Source: a virus
Lineage: Duplodnaviria > Caudoviricetes
DNA length: 64,000 bases
IMG/VR virus record: IMGVR_UViG_3300036520_000018
Location: 4,312 to 68,311 of that record
Direction: 5' to 3' (one strand)
In this document: piece after piece, positions 1-9,105 of the stretch
Layout: every line of letters begins with the position of its first letter
Numbering within the stretch: the stretch's first letter is position 1
Position numbers and translations under genes: made by a program
Notes under the pieces: model-generated
Database searches by the model: none
The model's input: the letters and a program-made list of their open reading frames with translations, nothing else
Told to the model about the DNA's origin: nothing

Positions 1-27
1 TGATTGAAGTCATAAGCGATATCTGTT

Positions 28-261
28 ATGCAGTCAATAAGCGATATCGCTTTAGGTGGTGCTTTGACAGAAATACCGATATCGGGTAATGCCCCTCGAA
101 TGGGACGCCCGCCAATGAACGTGAAGCCGATGCTCGTGCGCTTGCCGGAAGGCATGGCAGAGCGCATTGACGAACTCGCTGGTCCGAATAGGAGAGCTGA
201 GTTCATCCGCGAGGCTATCGAGCGCGAGATCAAGCGCAGGCAGAGGCAGAAGCCGGAATAG
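28..261 (+). CDS. Ribbon-helix-helix (CopG/Arc-like) DNA-binding protein
   Basis: MGRPP...LVRLPEGMAERIDELAGPNRRAEFIREAIEREI is an RHH pattern; true start may be downstream of 28. Confidence 0.75.
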   Translation: MQSISDIALGGALTEIPISGNAPRMGRPPMNVKPMLVRLPEGMAERIDELAGPNRRAEFIREAIEREIKRRQRQKPE

Positions 262-262
262 C

Positions 263-1600
263 TCATTCCCGCTCTACCTTTGCGTCATCGGGATACAGAG
301 CGTCGGTTAGGACGGCACGAATGAAGCCGCGAATATCGGGTTCCTCCCAATTCGGCCATTCGCTGGCGGCTACCAGTGACAGGTAGACCCGCTCTACGAT
401 TCTTTCCGTTACCTCTACCCCTGTAGGGGCGGGGGAGGCGTAGAGGGGCTGGACTTCCTTGTAGTCGCCTTCCTTTGGCAGCACGGTAGAGAACATCAGT
501 TGATGCGACCAGTGATCCGGGCCATACCGAAGGCGAAAAAGATAGCCGGCAGGCTCCACCCCTATCGGAGTGGCTTCTACAGGCGGGTCACGGAAGGTTT
601 GCTCTTCCTCGTCCCAAACTCGCGCTGCTTTAACCCCTCCCGTTACCTCTACCCCTGTAGGGGCGACGAGGCAGGACATTACGCGGGCGTTGAAGTCGGA
701 TTGAGCTGCGGCTTTGGCTTCGGCTGCGGTCGTGAATTCGACCGCGTTCCGGCTATCCGCCGGCCATTGGCACAACCCATTGAAGTCGGCTGTAAGAACC
801 CGTATTTCGATCAAGTGCCCAAAAGGGTCTTTCGCTGTCCAATACCAGCGCACGCCTCCACCTAGAACATCTGGCTTGGTCGAGGTTGCTTCCCACTCAA
901 GCGCTCTCACGTGGCACCCTATTAGATCGGCTTCTTCCGCCCTCAAGAATGGAGGGTTGGGAGCAGCCGCTAGCATGGCCTGATAAGCGACACGTGAGCA
1001 TAGGGCGTGTGTCGCTTCGCTTGGATAAGGCGCAAAAGGCGCCCCGCTATGCTTGTCTGCCAAACGAGCGTCTAAGTGATCGTCATAAGCTTTCTCGCCC
1101 GCGAGAACCATCGCTTCAGTTGGTTCACGCGGCACCAGAACCCAATTGGCACTCCCATTCTCCACCCCTATCGGAGTGGCTTCTGTGACCCTTGGGGATG
1201 GGGAGGTGCGACGCGGAAGGTTGTTCCACTCAATCACCGCATCAGCAACACTCATGCGTTGCGGCCCTCGCATGGAGCAGATGCGACATTGAACATGGTG
1301 CCGGGCATCATTGTGAGGCTGTCGCACGAATACGTTACGCGCCTCGCAACCGGGACATGGTGACAGGCTTAGTTCGGTTTCTACCTCGCTTCGCACGATA
1401 GGGGTTTCCGCCCCCACTGGATTGGAGCGGAGGGCTTGGAGTTCGGTGAGTGCGGTAGTTAGATCGTCCCACCACGAATATCGCTGCCCGTCGCCCGCAT
1501 CGCCCATTGCAGTGCAAGTCTCGATAAATCGGGCCAGCCGCTCATTCCTCAGCCGCTCGCCCGCTGTTTTGTTCATCGTGGGGGTCATGGGGTTTGTCAC
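263..1600 (-). CDS. Mosaic phage early protein with Lar-like zinc finger
   Basis: LSPCPGCE...VQCRICSMRGP resembles the Lar restriction-alleviation motif; GTG at 1600 overlaps the upstream stop; repeated EATPIGVE and PTGVEVT linkers. Confidence 0.6.
   Translation of the reverse strand: MTNPMTPTMNKTAGERLRNERLARFIETCTAMGDAGDGQRYSWWDDLTTALTELQALRSNPVGAETPIVRSEVETELSLSPCPGCEARNVFVRQPHNDARHHVQCRICSMRGPQRMSVADAVIEWNNLPRRTSPSPRVTEATPIGVENGSANWVLVPREPTEAMVLAGEKAYDDHLDARLADKHSGAPFAPYPSEATHALCSRVAYQAMLAAAPNPPFLRAEEADLIGCHVRALEWEATSTKPDVLGGGVRWYWTAKDPFGHLIEIRVLTADFNGLCQWPADSRNAVEFTTAAEAKAAAQSDFNARVMSCLVAPTGVEVTGGVKAARVWDEEEQTFRDPPVEATPIGVEPAGYLFRLRYGPDHWSHQLMFSTVLPKEGDYKEVQPLYASPAPTGVEVTERIVERVYLSLVAASEWPNWEEPDIRGFIRAVLTDALYPDDAKVERE
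406..1184 (+). repeat. Two pairs of 25-26 bp direct repeats inside the mosaic gene
   Basis: CCGTTACCTCTACCCCTGTAGGGGCG at 406-431 and 640-665; CTCCACCCCTATCGGAGTGGCTTCT at 554-578 and 1160-1184. Confidence 0.9.
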
Positions 1601-1731
1601 AGCCCACCTCCAAACGCGAACCACACCACAGCCCCACCGACGATCGCCGACATGACCATGCCGAACGCAATGATGCTGATGATCAGGCCGCTCTTATCGT
1701 CGCCGCTGTCTTCGTGCCAAACGTCCATCAT
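1597..1731 (-). CDS. Small membrane protein (44 aa)
   Basis: MMDVWHEDSGDDKSGLIISIIAFGMVMSAIVGGAVVWFAFGGGL; 4-bp overlaps with both neighbours. Confidence 0.65.
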   Translation of the reverse strand: MMDVWHEDSGDDKSGLIISIIAFGMVMSAIVGGAVVWFAFGGGL

Positions 1732-1943
1732 GCCACCTCTGCCGAGATGATCTGGACAGCAACGTATTCGCGGCCAGGGTTCAGGCGAGCCATGCGGCGC
1801 GCTTCAGCACGCGCGGACTCAGCCGAACCATGTTCAAAGGGGCAGCGAGGTGCGCGCAAACGGCCGACGCTGTTGCGGCGAATGACGGCATAGCCGCCGC
1901 CTACAACTGCCTCCGGTACGGTGGGTGTGGTGTTCGCATCCAT
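1728..1943 (-). CDS. Hypothetical phage protein
   Basis: 71 aa ORF with CACCACAGGAG RBS upstream; coupled to the next gene. Confidence 0.7.
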   Translation of the reverse strand: MDANTTPTVPEAVVGGGYAVIRRNSVGRLRAPRCPFEHGSAESARAEARRMARLNPGREYVAVQIISAEVA

Positions 1944-1975
1944 AGTCGACTCCTGTGGTGAATGGAATCGACTAT

Positions 1976-1992
1976 ATGCGTTTTTATTCGTT
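1976..1992 (+). promoter_or_regulatory. Dispersed ATGCG-N5-ATGCG motif, copy 1 (one mismatch)
   Basis: ATGCGTTTTTATTCGTT in the intergenic space ahead of the leftward operon. Confidence 0.5.
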
Positions 1993-2022
1993 AGTCAAGC
2001 AGGAAACGAATACCTGCGCATG

Positions 2023-2730
2023 TCATCGCATACGGCCCATGCCTGGTGCCATGGCGAACGACGAAACGACAACACCCTTGATCTCGATGACGTTGCTCTG
2101 CCGATCGAACTTAACAGGCTGCTGATGTTCGGGAGATGTCGAGCGCGGCCACAGCCACTTCTTGCCGTACTCGTCAACCACGTATTCCTTGAGAGTCACT
2201 TCGTACTCACCATGGTTGTGGTTCACGACAGCCACGTGCATACCACTCTTCAAGCCACCAGGGATGTTCTCCACTGGAGCTAGAAAGACGATCGATCCAT
2301 CCGGGTAAAACCTATTCATGGAGTCGCCGTCTACTTCCGCTGCATGCAATGGAACATTGTCCCAGATGCGCGGAAGAATGGCGGGCACCTCGTATCTGTC
2401 GGCTGGTTCCCATTCAGGTGCCGATCTCCATGCGCCGGCCTTTAGACTGGTGACAACCTCTATTCTTCGACCCGGTAGGTTGGAGAGTGGAACGGCCTCT
2501 TGGCCAAGGAACTGCAAACGGGTCTCACCCGCGAGTTCCGCCAGCTTGCCAATTGCATCAGGCCGAGGAATTTGCTTGTCGTTTTCCCACTTGGCGATCG
2601 TCGACTGTGGATAGTCACCGATCTTCTTGGCAAGCTCACCTTGGGTCAGACCAAGTTCTGTTCGTAGGTTCTTGATCTTCCATCCAAGTTTTTTCATTAG
2701 CTGTATCCCCGCATAATGTGCGTCGCTCAT
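2023..2730 (-). CDS. CI-like repressor (XRE HTH plus S24 peptidase)
   Basis: IKNLRTELGLTQGELAKKIGDYPQSTIAKWEND HTH; VDGDSM catalytic Ser and TLK Lys motifs; start at 2730 or 2697. Confidence 0.92.
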   Translation of the reverse strand: MSDAHYAGIQLMKKLGWKIKNLRTELGLTQGELAKKIGDYPQSTIAKWENDKQIPRPDAIGKLAELAGETRLQFLGQEAVPLSNLPGRRIEVVTSLKAGAWRSAPEWEPADRYEVPAILPRIWDNVPLHAAEVDGDSMNRFYPDGSIVFLAPVENIPGGLKSGMHVAVVNHNHGEYEVTLKEYVVDEYGKKWLWPRSTSPEHQQPVKFDRQSNVIEIKGVVVSSFAMAPGMGRMR

Positions 2731-2752
2731 AGCGCATAAATTCGACACGATC

Positions 2753-2769
2753 AACGCATTATTTCGCAT
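2753..2769 (-). promoter_or_regulatory. Dispersed motif copy 2, overlapping a TATAAT on the minus strand
   Basis: Minus strand reads GGTATAATGCGAAATAATGCGTT upstream of the repressor. Confidence 0.6.
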
Positions 2770-2859
2770 TATACCTCTTGCCAAGCGAAACAACACACAG
2801 TCATAAAGTCGAAACCATGCGGAACAGTTCCCTTGGATGCGAAATAAGTTGAGGCGGAT

Positions 2860-3057
2860 ATGGGGAGTTCCATGGGCAGCGCGCTGTCCAACTACGACTA
2901 CGATTTTGTTTTGAACCAGCAAGTTGAGACAGCAGAGGGCCAGGGAATTGTAGTCGGCAGGACCAAGTTCGGTTTCCCAGACGGCATCTACCTTGTCCAG
3001 TTATCCAGTGAGCAACGCTGGATGTATCCAGAAGAAATGGCGCCAGTCGAGGAGTAG
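2860..3057 (+). CDS. Small hypothetical protein divergent from the repressor
   Basis: 65 aa ORF with GAGG RBS; beta-rich, no HTH visible. Confidence 0.55.
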   Translation: MGSSMGSALSNYDYDFVLNQQVETAEGQGIVVGRTKFGFPDGIYLVQLSSEQRWMYPEEMAPVEE

Positions 3058-3113
3058 GCGCTACGGCGGGCAACCGCATAATACACACCACACCACCACT
3101 GAGGAACTACCAT

Positions 3114-3887
3114 ATGGCAATCTCACTAGGATCGTTACGATCCTCAGCCAGCAAGCTTCCGCCGATCGTCCTTCTTTATGGCGTCGGCAAGGTTGGCAAG
3201 ACCAGCCTCGCAGCCGAGTTTCCGGATCCGCTTTACCTGCCCACCGATGGTGAGCGCACTCCCGAGGGTATTGACCTTCCAACACCAGGCACGATCGAGA
3301 GCTTCGACGATCTGCTGAACATCTTCGGCGAACTGCTGACCGAAGAACACGACCGCAAGACGGTGATCGTCGACAGCTTGGATGGCCTTGAGCCACTGGT
3401 GTGGGCGGCCACTTGCCGGCGTTTGGGCGTGGCGAGCATTGAAGAGCCCGGTTTCGGCAAGGGCTACGTCGAAGCCGACACCGAGTGGAACGAGTACTTT
3501 CAGGCCATTTCGGCTCTCAAAAACGCCGGTATCGCCGTGGTGCAGATCGCACACCCGGAAATCGCCCGCTTCGACAGCCCGACCAGCGATCCGTATAGCC
3601 GGTACTCGATCAAGCTGCATAAGCGCGCAGCTGCTCTGGCCCGCGAAAAGGCCGACGTGATTGGCTTCCTGAACTACCGCATCTCTCTCAAGGAGAAAGA
3701 AGTGGGGTTCAATAAGAAGGTGGCCCACGCCGAAGGCGGTTCCGAGCGTCAGATCCACCTGGAAGAGCGCGCAGGCTTCATCGCTGGCAACCGCTACTCA
3801 ATGCCTGCTTCGATCTCATTTAAGCAGGGGCAGGGGTATGTTGAGTTGAGCAAGTACTTCCCTGAGCCAACTGGCGTGGTGGCGTAA
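3114..3887 (+). CDS. Sak4-like AAA ATPase (single-strand annealing recombinase)
   Basis: LYGVGKVGKTS Walker A and TVIVDSLD Walker B; a DUF669-type gene lies downstream. Confidence 0.85.
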   Translation: MAISLGSLRSSASKLPPIVLLYGVGKVGKTSLAAEFPDPLYLPTDGERTPEGIDLPTPGTIESFDDLLNIFGELLTEEHDRKTVIVDSLDGLEPLVWAATCRRLGVASIEEPGFGKGYVEADTEWNEYFQAISALKNAGIAVVQIAHPEIARFDSPTSDPYSRYSIKLHKRAAALAREKADVIGFLNYRISLKEKEVGFNKKVAHAEGGSERQIHLEERAGFIAGNRYSMPASISFKQGQGYVELSKYFPEPTGVVA

Positions 3888-3952
3888 GCCACCTCTTCCA
3901 ATCACCACGGCCGCTCTGCGGCACATTAACTACCACAACTGAGGAGTTCCCT

Positions 3953-5032
3953 ATGGGGAAGTACGGTATTGGCGCACGGGTGCAAGATTGGGCGGGTGAC
4001 ACCGCTACGATCATCGGCAAGCGCAAAGGCGAACGTCAGGTTCGTTATGATAATCCACTCTACTGCCAGGATGGCTGGTTCGACAAAGACTCGTTCACGG
4101 TCATCGACGAACCCACCACTGCGTCTGCTCCAGTGGAGCAATGGGTGCCGAAGGTGGGCGATCGGGTGATCTGGGCTGGTAAGTGGAACCCGTCGATGTA
4201 CACCGCTGGAAAGGAATACTTAGTCCACAAGGAACGCGGTTCAACGCTCTACGTCACCGACGACACTGACGAGCAGAACCACTCGTGGGATGTTGAGTCC
4301 ATTCGTCAGAACTTCACCCTGGTTGAGCCCGAGCCAGCTCTGGAGGAGAAGGCTGCAGTTCCACCCGCACCGGACTTCAAGATCGGTGATCGGGTGAATT
4401 GGACCCGCGTCCGCGGTGAGTTCGATGGTTCCATCATCGAAGAATACGATGGCGGCTTCTACGACTTCAAGCTGCGTGCCACCAACGGCAACCATACTTA
4501 CGCCTTTAAGCATGAGGTTGAGGCCGCTCCGTTCACCATCGAAGCCGGTAAGTTCTACCGCACCCGTGATGGTCGGAAGGTTGGGCCGGTAGTTCACGAA
4601 CCTTGGCACGATCCGCAACCTTGGAGCGCCGCAGACGGGAACTACAATCGCTTCTACAACGAGGATGGCAACTGGTTTGGCGATGGCACAGAGCATGTCA
4701 ACGACCTTGTTGCCGAGTGGGTCGAAGAGCCAATTGTCGCCGTCGAAGCGGTTGAGCCCCAACCCAAGTTCAAGGTCGGTGATCGGGTGCGTATCGCCCG
4801 CAACTCTCGTGGTCACGACTGGCTAGACAAGCACATCGGCGACGAAGTCGTCATCAAAGCCGAAGACGGCTACGACGAATGTCCTGGTTGGTCGTTCGAG
4901 AACCACGGCTGGTGGTGGCCGACGGTCGATCTTGATCCAGTGACCCCAAGCAGCGTCACCCTTACGCTGACCGTCGCAAACGAGAACATCGCTGACGCTC
5001 TGCGCACCCTAGCCGACAACCTAGCCGCCTAA
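3953..5032 (+). CDS. Mosaic protein of repeated KOW/SH3-like modules
   Basis: YGIGARV, PKVGDRV, FKIGDRV and FKVGDRV repeats; ends ANEN...LAA. Confidence 0.75.
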   Translation: MGKYGIGARVQDWAGDTATIIGKRKGERQVRYDNPLYCQDGWFDKDSFTVIDEPTTASAPVEQWVPKVGDRVIWAGKWNPSMYTAGKEYLVHKERGSTLYVTDDTDEQNHSWDVESIRQNFTLVEPEPALEEKAAVPPAPDFKIGDRVNWTRVRGEFDGSIIEEYDGGFYDFKLRATNGNHTYAFKHEVEAAPFTIEAGKFYRTRDGRKVGPVVHEPWHDPQPWSAADGNYNRFYNEDGNWFGDGTEHVNDLVAEWVEEPIVAVEAVEPQPKFKVGDRVRIARNSRGHDWLDKHIGDEVVIKAEDGYDECPGWSFENHGWWWPTVDLDPVTPSSVTLTLTVANENIADALRTLADNLAA

Positions 5033-5083
5033 CCAGCGGGCTCCGGCCCGCACCCTTTTCCATCCCTAATGAGGAGACTTCCC

Positions 5084-5302
5084 ATGGCCAACGTGGTCAC
5101 CGGGCGTGAATCGCTCGCTTCCATTCTCGCGATCTTCGACAAGACGGCCAAGCGCCTCGACACGTTCATCGCTCAGCAACAGGCTGACCGTGAGAAGGCC
5201 AGCGAGAAGGTCAACGCCGCTATTGCCGATCGTGAGACGGCAACTGCCAACATTGAGCAGGCCACCCGCACTCGCGCCAAGATTGCCGAACTGATCGGCT
5301 GA
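5084..5302 (+). CDS. Small coiled-coil protein
   Basis: GAGGAG RBS, 72 aa, helical composition. Confidence 0.7.
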   Translation: MANVVTGRESLASILAIFDKTAKRLDTFIAQQQADREKASEKVNAAIADRETATANIEQATRTRAKIAELIG

Positions 5303-5364
5303 CCCTGCCGGCGGGCCGACACCCGCCAGCCTTTCACCACACCACCACATAGAGGAACTACCCC

Positions 5365-5925
5365 ATGGCAGGACTTGGCCAGAAATTCGATCCGCGCAAC
5401 GTAGACACGGAGCAGCGCAGCTACGACAATCTTCCGGACGGCATCTATAAGCTGGAGGTGTCGGCAGCAGACGTGAAATCAGGTGACGGAAAAACGTCCG
5501 TCAACGCCACCATTCGCGTCATTGAGCCGGAGAACTACGCGGGCCGACAGTTCTTCAGCAACTACAACATCGAACATCCTAATGCGACCACCCAAGAAAT
5601 TGGTGAGAAGCAATTCGGTTCTCTTTGCCGTGCACTTGGCATCGACAAGCCGGTGGAAGACAGCGACGAACTGCTGTTCGAAGCCTTCTTTGGCAAAGTT
5701 GGTATGGGCAAGGACAGCAAGGAAAAGAACGATGATGGCAGCCCACGCTGGCCAGCCCGCAACGAGGTGAAGCGGTACTATTTCCCCGACAAGGAAGAGA
5801 TGCCCACTCCAGTGATCACCGGGTCCACATCTCCAAAGCCGGCCAACGACAACCGTCGTCCCGCTGCAAACGACAATGCCGCCCCCAGCACCGAACAGAA
5901 GAAGCGCCCTTGGGGTCAGAAGTAA
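5365..5925 (+). CDS. DUF669-family single-stranded DNA-binding protein
   Basis: YDNLPDGIYKLEV...GRQFFSNYNIEH...ARNEVKRY pattern; in the Sak4 operon; low-complexity tail with two ANDN. Confidence 0.8.
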   Translation: MAGLGQKFDPRNVDTEQRSYDNLPDGIYKLEVSAADVKSGDGKTSVNATIRVIEPENYAGRQFFSNYNIEHPNATTQEIGEKQFGSLCRALGIDKPVEDSDELLFEAFFGKVGMGKDSKEKNDDGSPRWPARNEVKRYYFPDKEEMPTPVITGSTSPKPANDNRRPAANDNAAPSTEQKKRPWGQK

Positions 5926-6068
5926 TGGTGACCATCGACGCTAAAGCACCCAAGGTCGACCTCGGTACCAAGCTGTGGGCAATCGGCTGGTGGACTCTGA
6001 TCGCGCTCGCGTTTGTCTGGGCAGTGTCCGGCCTAGTCACCGGCATCATTGGCTGGTGGGCTAACTAG
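5925..6068 (+). CDS. Small membrane protein (47 aa)
   Basis: TAATG overlap; LWAIGWWTLIALAFVWAVSGLVTGIIGWW hydrophobic stretch. Confidence 0.6.
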   Translation: MVTIDAKAPKVDLGTKLWAIGWWTLIALAFVWAVSGLVTGIIGWWAN

Positions 6069-6163
6069 CACCCACCAGAAAACACAAAGGCGGCCGGGGG
6101 GAACTACCACGAACCACCTTGCCGCCTTTGTAAATGCTCCCGTCACCACAACAGGAGAGTTCA

Positions 6164-7225
6164 ATGCCGACCACGATCGGACGAACTGAACTATTGCGCA
6201 TACTAGCAGCGGTGTCCAAAGTTGTCGACACTTGCAATACGATTCCTCTGCTTTCTCATGTTCTGATCGAAAGCGTGGATGGTAGGCTCACCGTGCGGGG
6301 TACCGATCTCGATATTCAAGCGGAAGGCACAATCGCTGCCGACGGCGACTTGGCTGTTGTCGCTGTGCCTGGCCGTGACCTCGACGGGATCGTTCGTCGG
6401 CTGGCTGGCACAGAAGTCGTCCTTGAGATGGATGGCGAGCAGTTGATCGTCCGTAGCGGTCGCTCCAAATTCAAGCTGCCCACACTGCCGGTCGATGGCT
6501 TTCCGATGCTTGGGGTCGGGGACTTTCTAGTCTCGTTCACTGCCGACCTAGCTGGTCTGACCAGCCAAGTGTCATTCGCCGCAGGTGCGCATTCGCAGCA
6601 CCCGATGTTGGTTGGCACCTATGTGCACGTCGAGGCGGGTCAACTAGTGGCTGTCGCGACTGACGGTAAGCGCATGGCTCGGGCTGTGGGCGATGACGCA
6701 CCAGAGTTCCCCGGCGTGATCCTGCCACCCAAGTTGTTGGCGCACATTCCCGCTGGTGCAGTGCAGGTCGAAGTCGGCGAGAACCGGATCCGGCTGTCCA
6801 CACCCCACCTGGTCGTGGTCAGCAAGCTGATCGAAGCCAAGTACCCGGCTTACCAGAAGCTCTGGCCGGCTGACTTCTTGGCCAGCGTCACCGTCAACCG
6901 GCGTGAACTCAAAGAAGCTGCCGAGCGCGTAGCTCTGGTGAGCGATGAGAACCTTGGCCGCGGTGTGCGCTTCAGCGTCGTGTCCGGCGCCGTGAACCTC
7001 AGCGTGCGGAGTCACACTCGTGGTGAAGCCAATGAGGAAGTGGCTGCCATCTACAGCGGCGACGAAAAGGACTGGGGATTCAACTGCTCGTCGCTGGCCG
7101 AAATGCTTGGGGCGATCCCCGGCGAGGAAGTGACCTTCAACCTGGCTGCTCGAGCAGCAGATATTCGAGGTTCCGAGCCAGTGGCTGGCGTTTTGACCTA
7201 CTTCGAACTGGGGAGTGCAGCGTGA
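6164..7225 (+). CDS. dnaN: DNA polymerase III beta sliding clamp
   Basis: IPLLSHVLIE, GTDLDI, RSKFKLPTLPVDGFP, VATDGKR, IEAKYPAY and GFN motifs. Confidence 0.92.
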   Translation: MPTTIGRTELLRILAAVSKVVDTCNTIPLLSHVLIESVDGRLTVRGTDLDIQAEGTIAADGDLAVVAVPGRDLDGIVRRLAGTEVVLEMDGEQLIVRSGRSKFKLPTLPVDGFPMLGVGDFLVSFTADLAGLTSQVSFAAGAHSQHPMLVGTYVHVEAGQLVAVATDGKRMARAVGDDAPEFPGVILPPKLLAHIPAGAVQVEVGENRIRLSTPHLVVVSKLIEAKYPAYQKLWPADFLASVTVNRRELKEAAERVALVSDENLGRGVRFSVVSGAVNLSVRSHTRGEANEEVAAIYSGDEKDWGFNCSSLAEMLGAIPGEEVTFNLAARAADIRGSEPVAGVLTYFELGSAA

Positions 7226-7431
7226 TGCGATTCACGGACAACGCAGATGCTCGCGCGGTGCTGGAGGAAGTCGCGGACTGTGCTCTCCATTGGGTGCCTG
7301 ATGCTCGGCTGATCGGCAACGTGCGGGCGGGGGACATCGCTCGCGCGTGTGGTGAAGCGCTCGACTACATGCCGGCGCGGGATGAGCGCTGTGCTTTCAC
7401 TTTGGATATGTTTGAAGGAGCGCCGGTATGA
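7222..7431 (+). CDS. Hypothetical protein
   Basis: Coupled at both ends to neighbours; ends FTLDMFEGAPV. Confidence 0.65.
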   Translation: MMRFTDNADARAVLEEVADCALHWVPDARLIGNVRAGDIARACGEALDYMPARDERCAFTLDMFEGAPV

Positions 7432-8096
7432 CCGTCCGCCTTATCGCCATTAGCCGTCCAGTCGTCGACGACGTACCGGACACCTCAGCCCTACTCGCCT
7501 ACTGCGCCCGCGTGTCCTCCACGGCCAACCAGAACAAGCATGAGACTGGTGGGAAGCTTCTGCGCTCGCTGGTGCGGCGTAAGGAATGGTCGCCCATGGA
7601 GATGGTCAGCCTCACCATGGAGATCGTCACGACGCGTGACATCGCCCGCCAGATTCTGCGCCATCGGTCTTTCTCGTTCCAGGAGTTCAGCCAGAGGTAT
7701 GCAGTCGTCGATGACGAGCCGGTGTTCCGTGAAGCGCGGCTGCAGCATCCCACTGATCGGCAGATGTCGGTTGAACTCGATGACCCGGTGATCGCCGAAA
7801 CTTGGCAGGCTATCCAAGCCGAAGTGCAAGTTACATCGACCAGTGCTTACCACTGGGCTTTAGGTCACGGCGTCGCCAAGGAAGTCGCCCGTGCCGTCCT
7901 GCCCGAAGGCATGACGCCTAGCCGGATGTACATGGCTGGTTCGTTGCGTTCCTGGTTGCACTACGTCGGTCTGCGCACCGAGCAGGGCACTCAAAAAGAG
8001 CATCGCGAGGTCGCTCTTGGTGTGGCCGCGATCCTGCGTGAGCAGTTTCCGGACCTGGCTGATCTAATTGGCGGGCAGGAAGAGGTGGCTGCCTAA
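7428..8096 (+). CDS. thyX: FAD-dependent thymidylate synthase
   Basis: RHRSFSFQEFSQRY signature; KEVARAVLP; RSWLHY. Confidence 0.96.
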   Translation: MTVRLIAISRPVVDDVPDTSALLAYCARVSSTANQNKHETGGKLLRSLVRRKEWSPMEMVSLTMEIVTTRDIARQILRHRSFSFQEFSQRYAVVDDEPVFREARLQHPTDRQMSVELDDPVIAETWQAIQAEVQVTSTSAYHWALGHGVAKEVARAVLPEGMTPSRMYMAGSLRSWLHYVGLRTEQGTQKEHREVALGVAAILREQFPDLADLIGGQEEVAA

Positions 8097-9040
8097 TGGT
8101 CCCAATTCCAAAGCCGCAGCCCAGTACGGTTCGCGCCATCTATGAGGCATACAAGCAGTCGAACGAACACTTTGACTCGCTAGGCATCAGTGTCGGTGAA
8201 ATCGGAACAGAGTGCGATCGCGCACTCTGGTTCGGCTTCCGATGGGCCAGCCAGCCGGAAGAAATCGACGGCCGTAAGATCAGCATCTTCCGCACCGGCG
8301 ACATGTGGGAAGACCGAATGGTTGCCGACCTCGAAGCCATTGGTGCTGAGGTGTTCGACCAGCAGAACCGCATTCGACTGGTAGGTGGGCATGTTCGTGG
8401 GAAAATTGACGGTAAGGCTATTGGTTTGCCGGAAGCGCCCAAAACCATTCACCTCATGGAGTTCAAGTCCAGCAACACCGAGAACTTCAAGGATGTCCAG
8501 AAGAAGGGTTGTAAGGAGTCAAAGCCTCTTCACTACGGTCAATGCCAGATTGGTATGCATGCCGAAGGCTTGGACCGGTGTGGCTACCTGGTGACCGACA
8601 AGGATACAGACAAGCGCTACTTCGAGCGCATCGAGTACGATCCAGTCTACTGCATGCGGCAGTTGGCTCGAGCCGAGCGTATCATCATGATGGACGAGCC
8701 ACCCAGCCGGCTGTGCAACAAGCGCGACGACTTCCGCGGAATGTTCTGCAAGCACGCAGCGGTGTGTTGGGCAGAAGCCTGGTCGAGAGTGACCTGCCGG
8801 TCGTGCCTGCATGCGACTCCGACCATGGATGGAGACGCTGCCTGGAACTGCTCACGCTGGTCGAAGCCGTTGTCAGTCGACGAGCAGAAGCAAGCCTGTG
8901 GTGCCCATTTGTACGTCCCGGCACTGGTGCCTGGCGGCGAGCAGGTTGACGTCGACGAGGAGAACGAAGTGGTCGTTTACCGGATGCCGGATGGCACCCT
9001 CTACCGCGACGGCGCAACCGAGGAGAACAATGCTGCCTGA
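8096..9040 (+). CDS. PD-(D/E)XK exonuclease (Cas4-like fold)
   Basis: RGKIDG...LMEFKS catalytic motif; Cys at ECDR and the C-terminal Cys cluster. Confidence 0.85.
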   Translation: MVPIPKPQPSTVRAIYEAYKQSNEHFDSLGISVGEIGTECDRALWFGFRWASQPEEIDGRKISIFRTGDMWEDRMVADLEAIGAEVFDQQNRIRLVGGHVRGKIDGKAIGLPEAPKTIHLMEFKSSNTENFKDVQKKGCKESKPLHYGQCQIGMHAEGLDRCGYLVTDKDTDKRYFERIEYDPVYCMRQLARAERIIMMDEPPSRLCNKRDDFRGMFCKHAAVCWAEAWSRVTCRSCLHATPTMDGDAAWNCSRWSKPLSVDEQKQACGAHLYVPALVPGGEQVDVDEENEVVVYRMPDGTLYRDGATEENNAA

Positions 9041-9076
9041 AGAAAGTTCCCGAATAAAGTCGATTCAACTTGCAAC

Positions 9077-9093
9077 ATGCGTTTATATGCGAT
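9077..9093 (+). promoter_or_regulatory. Dispersed motif copy 3
   Basis: ATGCGTTTATATGCGAT just before the helicase start. Confidence 0.65.
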
Positions 9094-9105
9094 AGAGACT
9101 CGGAC

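Noticed and set aside
8096-9040. CRISPR-Cas, suggested by the Cas4-like nuclease
   Set aside because: No array or other cas genes; it sits in a normal phage recombination operon
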